Positions 48,829 through 61,297 of a DNA stretch of 64,000 bases are shown here, piece by piece; positions within the stretch are counted from its first letter, which is position 1; every line of letters starts with the position of its first letter. The notes under the pieces were generated by a model, which saw only the letters and a list, made by a program, of their open reading frames with translations, had not been told where the DNA came from and made no database searches. Source of the stretch: Blepharisma stoltei ATCC 30299 (Eukaryota; Protista; Ciliophora); NCBI GenBank assembly GCA_965603825.1, contig CBFDEM010000012.1, positions 558,001-622,000 on the forward strand. The letters run 5' to 3'. The position numbers and the translations under genes are program-made.

Positions 48829-49926
48829 ATGGATAAAGTCCCAGCAGCACTTCTTGAGTCAGTTCTGGTAAAATCAGTAGATATCAGTGACAAGCAAGAA
48901 GTTAAAGGCTACGATTTCAACCAAGGCCTTGACTACTCAGCTATACTCCAATCCTACAACTGTATTGGATTTCAAGCAACTCATATGGCCCAAGCCATAA
49001 CTGAGCTAAACCGGATGCTAAATTGGCGCTTATCTGATGAGCCAATTCTCCCAGATGACTCCATTCCTGATATAGAAGACCGTAAGAAAGTTAAAGCGGT
49101 CAAGTTTCTGGCATATACATCAAACATAATTTCCAGCGGCTTAAGAGAAGTTATAAGATACCTAGTTCAGCACAAACTAGTTGATGTAGTTGTTACAAGT
49201 GGTGGCGGAATTGAAGAAGACTTCATAAAATGCTTAGCCAAATTTTACATTGGAGATTTTCATCTCAATGGAAAATCTTTAAGACAGCAAGGACTGAACA
49301 GAATTGGAAATTTGCTGGTCCCTAACGAAAATTATTGCAAGTTTGAAAGCTGAATCATGCCGATCTTTGATAAAATGCTCGAAGAACAAAAAGAAGGGAT
49401 GCTCTGGACGCCTTCAAAGCTGATAGAAAGGCTTGGAAGAGAAATTAACAATGAAGAAAGTGTTTATTACTGGGCAGCCAAGAACAATATCCCTGTGTTT
49501 TGTCCTGGAATCACTGATGGCTCTATCGGTGACATGCTCTACATGCACAGCTATGCAAATCCTGGGCTTATTTTAGACGTCATTGGCGACGTCAAAAGAA
49601 TCAACAACATGGCATTCGACGCCAAGCACTCAGGAATGTTCATCATCGGTGGAGGAGTCCCCAAACACCACACAAATAACGCAAATCTAATGAGAAATGG
49701 CGCTGATTTTTCAGTCAACGTTAACACAGGCCTCGAACACGAAGGATCAGACTCAGGAGCTCCTCCAGATGAAGCAGTCTCCTGGGGCAAAATAAAGTCA
49801 GGATCCACCCCAATTAAATTATTTGCGGAAGCGACACTTGTCGTCCCATTAATTGTAGCTGAAAGCTTTTATAAATACCATGAACAGCATAAAGATGAAT
49901 GTCCTACATGCTCTAATAGTAGTTAA
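48829..49926 (+). CDS. DHPS: Deoxyhypusine synthase
   Basis: [33 protein letters not shown](TGA 49351), [22 protein letters not shown]. Confidence 0.96.
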
Positions 49927-49935
49927 TTTATAAAC

Positions 49936-50571
49936 TTATGGGCTCATTGCATATTTTGATATAGCACCCACTGTGGTTGGGATTTCATAACTTCCTGGCC
50001 CTGGGAGGACTATTTGCTCTCGCTTTAATCATCTTTCACTTCTAAAGGTTCAGCTTGGGGTTGAAGTTTTTACCTTGGAATCGTACATTCCGGGACCTGG
50101 GAGGTCTTTTTCGATTTTTATGTAGGAAGATTTGCCGGCTGAACCTAAAGAGTAGGAAGGGGCTGTGTCAGGCTTTTTGGGGTTGTATTGGCCTGGGCCT
50201 GGGACTGCGTCTTTTTGAAACAGCCGAGTTTTTCCTCGCATTGTAAATCTTGGTCCATGGTAACTTCCGTTGACTTCGTAAGCTCCAGGGCCTGGCGTCA
50301 GCTGTTTGGGGCTTAGAGGGCTACGTTTTCCAGTACCAAGTAGCAGGCCTGTGCTTGAAAAAGTAGGTTTGGGGTCATAAGCTCCTGGCCCTGGAGATTT
50401 GGATAGGTAACTACTTCTAGTTATACGAGAAGCTGTTCCAATTCTATATTTTGGCGAGGATTTAGGAGAATACATCTCATAAGCTCCAGGTCCTGGAGAT
50501 TCACGATTTTGTCTCAACTTGTACCTTCCTTGGAAGCTCCAGGCTGGGGAATACTTCAAATTTAGCGTCAT
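49936..50571 (-). CDS. SHIPPO/ODF3 (STPG) PGP-repeat ciliary protein
   Basis: Repeated PGPGAY motifs; reads through two TGA to TAA at 49936. Confidence 0.88.
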
Positions 50572-50597
50572 TTTCAAATAATATAATAAAGAATTTA

Positions 50598-51857
50598 ATG
50601 CTCCAAGTAAACTCAGAGAAGATATTTATTGAGCACTGGTAAAAGATATATAGCATCTATTGTGATAAACACAAATGATGTACAAACCATGATGAAAATA
50701 AATACAAGCAATATTACAATGAAGCAAAATATACCTTGGAAAGTGAATTCCCAAACTTTATAGTTGTTGAAAACCAAATACCTGTAGGACTAGAAAAGAA
50801 ATTCAATGCAGATCCTTTAATCTATAAGATGGGAACAGCACATTTTCCAAGAATTGGATCTTTTGAGATTTATTATAGAAAGTTTATAGTATTTTCAAAG
50901 CTTGGGACCAAAAAGTGGCCAAGAATTGAACAATTGGCAGCCAAAATCAGAGAAATCCAAGACTACACAAGTAATCCTCCAAAAATACAGAGGCCTCAGA
51001 CTGCAAGACCAAGTACTAAACCTATGCTGATTAAAAAGAGAAAAGTGAGATCTCGGCCTACAACAGCAAAAACAAGATCAAAGGCTCCGAAGCCTATAGA
51101 CAATGAAAATCATTTAATTGAAGTTGTCTCAACAAATGCTTTGGAAACTTGGAAATCAGAAGACAACAGAAAAGAAATTATGCATCAGAGATCGCTACCA
51201 GAGCTAGAAATTGCTTCACAAAGGAGTATTGAAAATGAACAGCCTAGCATTCGAAAGCAAGAAGAGGTAAAAACGCCTTTTAAAGTAGATATAAAAAGCC
51301 CTGATAAAACAGAAGTTAAAAGACTTGCAAAAATAGAGCTTAAAAAAGAAGACAGCAGCCCAAAAATAGTTCCTAAAGAAAATGATCTGAAAAGTCCAAA
51401 AATAACTCCTAAAGAAAATGAGCCTAGAAGTCCAAAAATGATTACTAAAGAATATGAGCCTAAAAGTCCCCAAGGATATGAAGAAAAAAGCCCTGTGAAA
51501 ATAGTGACAATTGATGAACTTGTAAAATCTGCGTCTCTTCGGACTAACAAAGAATTGCACCCGAAAAGAGAAGTGACAAAATCTTATGATGTTTCTATTG
51601 AAATAACTGAAACAGTTAATAAAAAAATTACTTATCAAAACCAAACAGACTGTGATTCCAAATTTTTCATTGTTTCTTCTCATCCTGACTTAATGGAAGT
51701 TAAAGATGAAACCTTAGAAATCATTAAAGGGCAAAGAGGAAAAATACAGCTGATCTTTAAGCCAATTTATGAAAATACTAAGAACAGCTATTATTTATAT
51801 ATCGATAAGGATGGAGAGCCTTGGGAATGTATTCAGATTAATGCACAATATGAGTAA
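50598..51857 (+). CDS. Rdx-family (SelW/SelT-like) CxxC domain protein with basic linker and beta-rich C-terminus; intron 50639-50653
   Basis: Spliced N-terminus IFIEHCIYCDKHKW; PRIGSFEIYY...FSKLGTKKWP. Confidence 0.7.
50639..50653 (+). other. 15-nt intron GTAAAAGATATATAG
   Basis: Splicing creates the first Cys of CxxC (TG|C). Confidence 0.85.
51357..51470 (+). repeat. Coding 36-nt (12-aa) tandem repeat, about 3 copies
   Basis: SPKIVPKENDLK SPKITPKENEPR SPKMITKEYEPK SP. Confidence 0.7.
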
Positions 51858-52047
51858 TACAATATATATTGGTTAATATAATTCAACGCGATAAATTATC
51901 ATAAAATACTTAAAATTGAGCGTTAAGACATATAAAGTTCAAACAATCATATAAAAACTCACAAAATTAAGGAAAATAAATTTCTCCATATGTCTTCTCA
52001 TAAATGACGTCTCTTCCTGCATTTTAATACGTCTCATAATAATTAAC

Positions 52048-52965
52048 ATGGCCGAAGAACTGAGATTTGACAACAAAGTAGTTGTAGTCACCGGTGCAGG
52101 TCAAGGACTTGGCAAAGCTTACGCCCTGGAGTTCGCCAGAAGAGGTGCAAAAGTCGTAGTAAACGATCATGGTGTCACTACAAGTGGAGAAGGCACATCT
52201 CACGAACTCGCCGACCAAGTTGTCCAAGAAATCACTAATGCTGGAGGAATTGCAGTTGCTAATTATAATAACGTCATCAACGAAGGCGACAAAATCATTC
52301 AAACAGCCATTGCAAGTTTCGGAAGAATTGACGTAGTAGTCAACAACGCTGGAATCCTCAGAGATCTCAGCATGATTAAAATGACTAAGGCTGACTGGGA
52401 TGCCGTCTTAGCAGCTCATTGCAGAGGCGCTTTTTCAGTTGTCAGGGCTGCATGGACTTATATGAGAAAACAAAAGTATGGAAGAATCATCAACACTTCT
52501 AGTGGCACTGGACTTTATGGGAACTTCGGCCAAGCAAACTATGGGACTGCTAAACTTGGACTTCATGGCTTTACGAAAACATTGGCAATTGAAGGGGATA
52601 AATACAATATCAAAGTAAATACAATTGTCCCTGTTGGGGCGTCGAGAATGACCAAAGGAATTTTGCCTGATGAAATTTTAGTGTTGTTTTCTTCAGAAAA
52701 GGTCGCACAGTTAGTTGTATATTTGGCTCATGAAAGCTGCACTACAACTGGGAATATTTATGATGTCCTGGGAGGATGGGTTGCTGGACTCAGGCTGCAG
52801 AGGACTAATGGAGCATTTTTCGCAGGAAATTTCACAGCTGAAGATGTGAAAAGCAAGGAAAGAGAAATCCATAGCTTTGAAGGGGCAACTGATTATCCAA
52901 CTGTGAATACTGATACTCTTGGGAAAGTTGTGACTCTTGCTGAAGCTGCTAGACCTAAATTATAA
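52048..52965 (+). CDS. Peroxisomal 3-hydroxyacyl-CoA dehydrogenase (stand-alone MFE-2/HSD17B4 SDR domain)
   Basis: TGAGQGLG, NNAGILRD, GNFGQANYGTAK; C-terminal PKL (PTS1-like). Confidence 0.92.
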   Translation: MAEELRFDNKVVVVTGAGQGLGKAYALEFARRGAKVVVNDHGVTTSGEGTSHELADQVVQEITNAGGIAVANYNNVINEGDKIIQTAIASFGRIDVVVNNAGILRDLSMIKMTKADWDAVLAAHCRGAFSVVRAAWTYMRKQKYGRIINTSSGTGLYGNFGQANYGTAKLGLHGFTKTLAIEGDKYNIKVNTIVPVGASRMTKGILPDEILVLFSSEKVAQLVVYLAHESCTTTGNIYDVLGGWVAGLRLQRTNGAFFAGNFTAEDVKSKEREIHSFEGATDYPTVNTDTLGKVVTLAEAARPKL

Positions 52966-53059
52966 GGTAAGAACTAGTTAATAGAAATTAATTATGCTAT
53001 CTTAAGCAATATTTAAGAACTGTAAGCAAGAGATTATTCTGATTATCAATATTATTTAG

Positions 53060-53998
53060 TTATAATTCTCCCATCCAAATAACTATTTCTCTGCATAGTG
53101 TTGTCAATAAATCGTCCAGTATTATCAGATTAAATTCCTTAAGCAGTTCGTTTTTTTCTCAATCGAATGAGCTAACAAGAGCTTTATATGTTTGTTCCCC
53201 AAAGCTCTCAATTTGTGAATTTGGGTCTACTTTTTTCCAGGTTAGGTAATAAAAGATTTCTTCCCACAAATTTCTATAATTGCCATATAGATACTCTTTA
53301 GGTGCCATGATTGCCAGAAATTCATTAATTTCATTTAAGTGTTTCATTTTATGTCAATTTCTTATCATATTATTGAAAAGCTTATTTGCTTCTATTAATG
53401 CATTCTTTTTATTATATCCATTGTCAGCAAATACAATATCTTTACATAAGGAGCCAATCGTTGAATCCATATCAACTTGTACTACATGCTTAACAATCAA
53501 ACTAGTATTGTTATCTGATAGCAGCAAAACGCTGAAAAATTCATAAATCGGCAAGCCAATATTTAAGTCAATATCTGGTTCTATCAGGTAAGCAGCATAA
53601 TCTACCTTCACATTTTTACGCCTCGGTTGAGCGCATAAGCTGGCAGATCTTTGGGAAATAAAATTGTCCCTTAAAAATAAAGAGAAACTATAATTTTGTG
53701 CTCCATTGCGGTGTGCGATTATAAACTCGTCGAAGCTTAAATGCAGATGTATTTTGTGTTTATCTACCAGAGTAAAATTTGATGCATTGTAATACACGGT
53801 TAGTAAGACTATTTGTTGTGACGACGCCCCTGATCCTTTGTAATGTTGAGTTGCAAATACAATAGCATTCACAGGTAAGCTGCTCCCAATAATATTCGGC
53901 CTCGCTCTTATTATTTCTAAAATGCTGTGTGTATCATTGTCCAAGAGCTTTGGCAACTCTTCTTTCCTTCTGCATAGCCTTTCTACAATTTCCATCAT
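53060..53998 (-). CDS. Hypothetical protein
   Basis: ORFs joined at TGA 53354 and 53159; TAA at 53060. Confidence 0.65.
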
Positions 53999-54058
53999 TT
54001 TTGCTTATTAAATGCTATTAATTGTTATAAAATCAGCTTGGTTTATAAGTATTTCATG

Positions 54059-55510
54059 TTAATACCTCCACCTCTTAATCTTTTTTACTTTCATTTTCTT
54101 TGGCTCACTTTTTTGATTTGGCCCTTCAGTCATCATGGCTTCTCTCAGCGTACATACATGGTAAGGCTCTTCTTTCATCCTTAAAGATACAGCTGTGCTT
54201 ACCATTGAATTCGCAGTAAAAGGTCTTGAGCTTTTTCCAGTCATAGGGCGAGAAGAAGCACCTCTGCTAGTCCCTTTATAAGTTGTTGTAGTTGCTGCTG
54301 AAAAAGGCCGAACTTGGACATCGGAGTTATTTTTTGTCAAATTTATAGAGGAGTCAGGCCTTTCAGTTTCTCTGAAGCTTACTATATATCTGTGATGAGG
54401 CTCATTGGCTTTGTTAAGCTCGTCAAAAGGCAGCTGAAAATCAGTCAGGGTTCTTTTGTTTTTGATATTTTTTTCTGAGCTCGTCCTAACTCCAGCGGTG
54501 TGAGGTCTTGAACTGTTCAAAATTCCACAGGTAGCCCTCATTCTTTGATAGGAAAATTTTTCATTTGTTTTAGATTTATTTACAATCCCTGTTGATTGGA
54601 ATAATGTTTGCTTTATTTGGTCATAAAGGCTAGGGTCTCGGAGAAGTGTCCTAAACTCGTTCATTTGGGCATTTTGAGTAGTTCTTCGGGATTTTCTAGA
54701 GAACTTGCGAAGCTTTATCGGTGGAGGCTCATCAATAGCTTCTTCAGGCTCAAAAAATACATTTGAAGCATTTATATGGCTGTTCATTATTTTTTCCAAC
54801 CTTTTATCAAGATCAGGATTAGCTGCTGCTGTTTCCGACAAATGAAACGTCTTTGTGTTCGAATCTTTTGTAATGATTAATGTTGGCTGTGAAAATAGCC
54901 TTTCTTCTATAAGTTTAGTTCTATCATAAGTATTCACAGCTAAAAATAAATATTCATGAGGTGCTAATATCCCAACACGCTTGAAATAAGGAGTATTATG
55001 TTCCAGTCACAATGATATCAATTTCAAAGGTAAAAATCTGTTAACTAATATAAAGGACCGTTGCAGCAAAACTGGGTCTTGCTTTGCTCCATTTCTCATT
55101 GATTCGAAATCTAAAAGTACATACGCGTTATAATATATCTTCATTAGTGGAACTCTATATATTCTTTACGTTATTTTGTTTCTGCTGTACAAGTAAAGAG
55201 CAGCTTTAATGAGCTTGATGTTCAGCTCAGTTTCGAAGCCATTTGCGAGCTAAGTCTTTGTTACCTGTCGAACGTTGTGTCAGAATTCTGGATTATCGAG
55301 AGCTTTAAAGATAGATTGAATATCGGCGAATTTTTTACCTTCGACTATAGGTTTGAGGAATTGTCGAAGATTAGGTAGGTAGCAAGCAAGCTGAATAAAA
55401 ATTACGCTGGCTCCTTCGCTTACGACGTGCTCGATTGAGTCAACGTTTACGTTGACATCCATTTGAATTGGGTGGAAAACTCCGATAAGTGTAATTATCT
55501 CTTCAGCCAT
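54059..55510 (-). CDS. Hypothetical protein with RPxTA-rich tail; introns 55250-55264 and 55155-55169
   Basis: Continuous frame from ATG 55510 to TAA 54059 after two 15-nt introns and two TGA. Confidence 0.75.
55155..55169 (-). other. 15-nt intron GTAAAGAATATATAG
   Basis: Removes an in-frame TAA. Confidence 0.8.
55250..55264 (-). other. 15-nt intron GTAACAAAGACTTAG
   Basis: Removes an in-frame TAG. Confidence 0.8.
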
Positions 55511-55758
55511 TTATATAGAAGTTTATTTTTGTATAATATCAAGGATTCAAATTTTTTTGAGAGAAAATTGATTAGAGAAGAAAAGAAATATTTAAAAATT
55601 CATGCAAAATTATTGATTTTTATTACAACTTTTCGCTCCTAATGAGAAAATTGCAACGCTTCTGTTAAGTTTGGTTAGGAAATTTATAAAATCAATAAAG
55701 ATATTAAACTTTTTAAATTAGATACAACTATATTGAATATTCAGATTGATATCGATAA

Positions 55759-56640
55759 ATGGAAGAAACCAAAATTCAGGCTTTGACACCTTCAAGCCCT
55801 AGTTTCAAAAACATTTTCTCAAAAAAGCCTCCACGGCCTTCAAATCTAATCACACATTGCCACATCTGCCATCTTCAATTCTCAGCAATCCATAAAGGCT
55901 ATGAATGCTCCGTCTGTAAAAAAGGCATCTGTAAAGAACACATCCTCGTCAGAACTGCTATGACATTACTTCCTGTATGTGACGACTGCGAAAGAGGCAG
56001 AATTAAAAAAGAAATCGCCAGAGAGCTTGCCCCACAATACAAGTCATTAAAAGGTGACATGAATTGGATGCTAAAAGAAAAGGAAAAAATCAAAGCAGAA
56101 ATCACAGGGAAAACCGAAATTATTTCTCGGCTAGAAATTCAGACAAAAAATAATGAAAAAACTTATGCACAAAGACTGGAAAATATTGAAAAAAAGATTG
56201 AAGAAGAAAACCAGAGAGAAAAAACTGTACAAAATGTGGTGGAAAGCTTGAAAAATGCTTTAAATGAGTCTAAAAGTTCAGAAGAACAGATGAAGAAGAA
56301 AAAGGAGGATAAAGAAGAGGAAATTAAAGCAGAGGTAGAAGAAATTAAGGAACTGAAGAGGAGTGAGGAAGATGTGTTGTATAAAATTGATGAAATTAAT
56401 AAGGAAATGAGAAAGATGATACCTGCTGGGAAATTAAAATCTATTAGTTGTAGGAAATGCTATGGAGTTTTGAAGGTAAATTTCAAGGAAAGGCTGAGGG
56501 AAGCGCTTAGGAATGAAGGAAGGGAAAGCTTATTCGCAAGTTTGATGTCAAGAGCAAGCGTTAAATCTACAAATGATTTGGTGAAGCCAACAATGGAGCC
56601 AATGACAAGGCAATATTGCCAACAATGTATGCTTTTGTAA
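55759..56640 (+). CDS. FYVE-like zinc finger + coiled-coil protein
   Basis: CHIC...CSVCKKGICKEH...VCDDC, then a long E/K coiled coil; ends CMLL (CaaX-like). Confidence 0.7.
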   Translation: MEETKIQALTPSSPSFKNIFSKKPPRPSNLITHCHICHLQFSAIHKGYECSVCKKGICKEHILVRTAMTLLPVCDDCERGRIKKEIARELAPQYKSLKGDMNWMLKEKEKIKAEITGKTEIISRLEIQTKNNEKTYAQRLENIEKKIEEENQREKTVQNVVESLKNALNESKSSEEQMKKKKEDKEEEIKAEVEEIKELKRSEEDVLYKIDEINKEMRKMIPAGKLKSISCRKCYGVLKVNFKERLREALRNEGRESLFASLMSRASVKSTNDLVKPTMEPMTRQYCQQCMLL

Positions 56641-56801
56641 TACATATCAAGAACATAAACAAATCTTTCTAATTTTTCCTTTTTTTTCTAATCTTATAGA
56701 TTTCAAAGTAAGCCTTCCTAATTCTATCAATAATAGTTAAAAATCCTTTAACCTTATATAAATTTTAATAAGCCCACAAAATTTAAAAATAATTTTCTTA
56801 T

Positions 56802-58538
56802 TTAAAATTTTTTCCTTATAATAGGTCTATTTTTCAAACTTTTTATATAGTTCTTCCAGCTATCAATATTCTTTTCTTCTTGAGTTTTTACATTCCAAGT
56901 GTTCGCATAATCACCAGGAAAGAACTTTTGCGCTACCTCTTGAAACATCACCCCATCATCTCCTATGTCCGCTTCTTCTTTTTTCATATTTTCTGTAACC
57001 AAATTATACAGCATTGAGAATTGTTTTTTACTAGCAGCGCTTGCATGCTTTAATTCTTCGTCATTTAAAGCTTTATTTAACCCAGCATGATTTTTAGCGA
57101 CAGTTGGAGTTGTAAGTGACACTATTGGAGGTTTATAAACATTTCTGAGTGGAGAATCTCTTTTGGAGAAAGAAGAAAGCTGGGAATAGCTTTGAGAGGA
57201 CATAGGCCGAGAGCTGGGTTTTTTAATATGGACTGGGGCTTCTGGTTTTTTAGATCTAATCACTCTGATTGTGTTGTAAACTTCATAGCATCTATCACAA
57301 ATTTTTACAGTATCATAAATTCTGCTAGGGTGAGATAAAGGGTTTGGAATTAAATTAGTGTTGGTTTGCATATATTCTAGCCCTTTACTGGGCGATGGTA
57401 CTCTTAATATATCAGCTATATCGATATCAAGAATTTCCTTATTTTTTGCATTTTCATTCATATTGGCCAGTACACTTTGTCCTATCAAAATATATTTATA
57501 AGGGACTTCATTTACAACGTTTTTGCCTTTAAGCCTTTCTCTTTCTTGCTCAATATAATCGCTTCCCATTTCTAGTTTAAATTTAGCGCTATTGCTGCTA
57601 GAATCTCCTTGAAATGACAAGGTAATTTTTGATATTAAATGCTCATAGTCAATTTTAGCTTTCACCAAGTTTGGATCTTTACTTTTCATTATAAAATTGC
57701 AAAAACTTCCTGCACAAGGTTTGACATTTGTTTTGAATTTAGCCAGATCTTTGTTTCTTCTTGTTAAACTTTGAGATCTTGCAAGGGGATATGGAGAAAC
57801 GCTTGTTTGAACATTTCTTGATACATTTGATAAAGGCTCTGTAATATTTGAACTCGTGTTCAAATGAGTTGGCTTCCTTTCAAGTGGTTTTACATTAAAA
57901 ATTACACAGTCATTGCTCCCCATAAGCCAGAATTTCCTTGTTGTATCTTGCACAAAAATCAGGCTGATTGAAGCGAGCCTGAATCTTGTATTTTTTTCTA
58001 TAGAATTTATGACCAGCTGCCCAATGTTTTTAAAAGCCTCAATCATATTTTGCCCAGCAAGCTGAACTTTTATTTCCTGCCCATCTAATTCATAGATTTT
58101 TCAATATTTAATTAAAGGTCTTCCATCATCTAATTTAAATTCTGCAATATACCTTGCACTTTCCTCTAATAAAGGCTTAGCTATTTGTATCGCTTCATCA
58201 TCTTTGATATCTTGGTGATGCAAAATATCTAGAAAATCTTTTCTGCTCAATTTTCGAAAATCATTCCCAACAATTAAGTAAGCAAAAAGCTGAGCTGTGT
58301 TTGAGTCTCTAAGAGGGACTGCAGTAAACTTGGCTGTGATTACGTCAATTGTGGAATTTTGTGATGTTTTCTTTTTGACGATGCCGTTCTTATCAGTGAA
58401 GAGCCATTTGTAAGGTGACCCGACTGATTTTTCGATAAAAATAGTATCAAGCAGAGGGACTTGGCAAAACTCGATTGAGTTTGGTCTCCAAAGCTGCTGC
58501 AGAACCCAAGCGCAGGATTTTGATTCTTTAAATGACAT
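56802..58538 (-). CDS. Hypothetical protein (578 aa)
   Basis: Two ORFs joined in frame via TGA 58101; CAGSFC and CDRC pairs. Confidence 0.7.
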
Positions 58539-60119
58539 AGTTTTGGTTTGTACATTTTAAATCAGCACTAATTATCTACTAAACGAACTTTTAAGTTAGA
58601 AAAAATAGTTTCATTCCGGCAAAAATTTCTTCCTCCAAAACTCTTATTTTAAATAAACCCAAAATTCTCAATTCCAAATGAGATTTAATTTATTTTCCAG
58701 TTAATTCTTATTGTTAGCTCTAATTTATTCAACTCAATTACTTTTAGCTCACTCCATACTCGTTTGGCTCTGATGCCTTAAAGTCATCGAGAAACAAAGC
58801 AAGATAGAGTGAATTTAAGCGGAAAAAGTCTTGGAGCTAGCTAGTATCAAGTTGTTGAAGCTTGGTAAAGGTAAACTTCGGGGATCTGGTGCTACAGTTC
58901 ACTTCCCGAGGAAAAAGCAGGGCCTCTTGGAATCTTCACTTTCTGTAGTGGACGCTGACCAATAGCCGCTGTTGGCCCTTTGATTTGATTTTTTGTTCAT
59001 TTGTGGGATCTTTTAAGTGTTCAGTAAAAAATTATAAGACTTGAAAAGCCATTAAATTCATATGTTTGTTCAATTTGGTTTTTAACATACTGCTCAGAAT
59101 CAAAGAGAAATTTAAGGAAGAACTGTTAAAGTTATAATTGGATTATTTGAGGGTAAATTAGGAGGATTGAAATAAAATAATTCAAATTTGGGAGGATAGG
59201 GGTTACATATGAGAGAGTGAGTGGGGAATTCATGATGGGCAGATGGAATGAAAAAGACAAGATTTTAGGGAAATTGTGTTAAGCTTGATTGCTTCTTTTT
59301 TATGATTAGAGTTTTGCAATCATTTTTATAAGAAGCTGGGCTTTAAATTCAGCTCGTTTGAAATTTCCATTTATTTGAATACTTTATAGTTAGAAGAAAT
59401 GATTAATGAAATATCGTATTGAATCACATAAGTTATTGATATAGAAACGAGGAGCGTTTATATCAGAGAAACAAAGTATATTAAGGCCAATTTTTTATCC
59501 TTTATTTTTTTTCAGTTTAATTTTATCTATTATTGTTTATTAATGTTTATTTTAATTTAAAAATATAATTAATGAAGGTGGAATGCTTACTCTCTCATAT
59601 TTTAGGAAATTTAGCGCGTCTATGAGCAGTAAAAAAATATTATAATACTTTGATATTCAAATATCATTTAATAAATAATTTAAATTCGATTTTAAATGGT
59701 TCAATTATTTATACCGATAATGCTTTTCGGACTTATCAGGACAGCCACTATCTCAGCATCTTTAAAATAGCCCACAAAATTACTTCTTAATTAAAAAAGA
59801 TATGAAGTTCGCTAGTGATATACCACTAATCTTATCTAAATCCTTTTGATGTGCTATAGCAATTATTTTACCTTTCAAATCATCGATATCCAAATTTTTT
59901 ACAATAAATTATCATTTTTATGACTTTTCATTTATATCCTTAAAATTCCAAACCACCTAATTTTATAGCCTCACTCCTCTCTTCATCCCAATCCCTAATC
60001 CTTTATCAATATTTCACCTATAAATAATTCACATTTTATTTTTGGTGAATTCTTAATGTACTTTTTCTAAAGAATTGAGCCATACTGATTAAAGATAACT
60101 CTACTGTATAAATAAGAAA

Positions 60120-61199
60120 ATGATTGATATAAGAGTAGGTGGAAAATACCGACTAGGCAAAAAAATTGGTGGTGGCTCATTTGGAGAAATATATCTGGGC
60201 ACAAACATTCAAACAAATGAAGAAGTTGCTATAAAACTAGAAAGCCTTAGCAGCAAACATCCTCAGTTAATTTGGGAAAGTAAAACGCTAAAAATGATTC
60301 AAGGATCACCAGGCATACCATTGATATTTTGGTCAGGGGTTGAAGGGACTTATAACGTGATGGTGATGGAGCTGTTAGGCCCAAGTCTCGAAGATATGTT
60401 TAACTTATACAAAAAGAAATTCACACTAAAAACTGTTCTTATGATAGCTGAACAGATGCTATTTCGAATTGAGTATTTGCATTCGAAAAATTTTATTCAT
60501 CGAGATGTTAAGCCTGATAACTTTTTGATTGGGCTGGGAAGCCGTAGCAATATAATATTTTTAATTGATTTTGGGCTTTCAAAAAAGTACAGAGACCAAA
60601 AAACATCAAGACATATCCCGTATAATGAAAATCGAAGCCTAACTGGCACAGCCAGATATGCTTCAGTAAATTCACATATGGGGATAGAACAAAGTCGAAG
60701 AGATGATCTAGAGAGCATTGGATATGTAATAATATACCTACTAAAAGGCTCTCTTCCATGGCAAGGAGTGGCAGCACAAGCTAAGCAAGACAAATACAAG
60801 AAAATAATGGAACGAAAAATGAACACCCCAATCGAGTCTCTTTGTAGAGGGTGTCCTCCAGAGCTTGCTATGTACATTCAATACTGTAAAGGGCTTAAGT
60901 TCGAAGACAGGCCTGACTACACCTATTTAAGACGAATTCTAAAAGAAGCATTTGCCAGAGAAGGATTCCAAAATGATTTAATTTTCGATTGAAATATGAG
61001 CAGTTTTCGAAGGGGAAGCCACCATCGATCAGTTAAAGAGGAAGAAGATGTCAAGCTTCCTCCTTTAGACAGAGCAGCGAACCGTGAAGGCACCGCTATA
61101 AGTAGAAACCATTATGCTGTGAAAAAGTCGTCAAGTCAAAAAATCACTGAAAAATCAAGGGATTTAAAAAGACAGAAGACAAGGTGCGAAATATTTTAA
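60120..61199 (+). CDS. Casein kinase 1 with C-terminal CaaX-like CEIF
   Basis: [44 protein letters not shown]; TGA 60990 is the W of the conserved FDW. Confidence 0.95.
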
Positions 61200-61297
61200 T
61201 GGGGAGCTTCTGGAGTGCTAAGTGGCTTATACATAGAGTTAAACGCTTATTGTAAATAAAATTGTTATTTCATATTGGAGTTTGAATTTAAATTAAA

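Noticed and set aside
59150-60010. G-rich tract near 59190 and C-rich tract near 59980 as a long inverted repeat
   Set aside because: Only compositional complementarity; no alignable stem.
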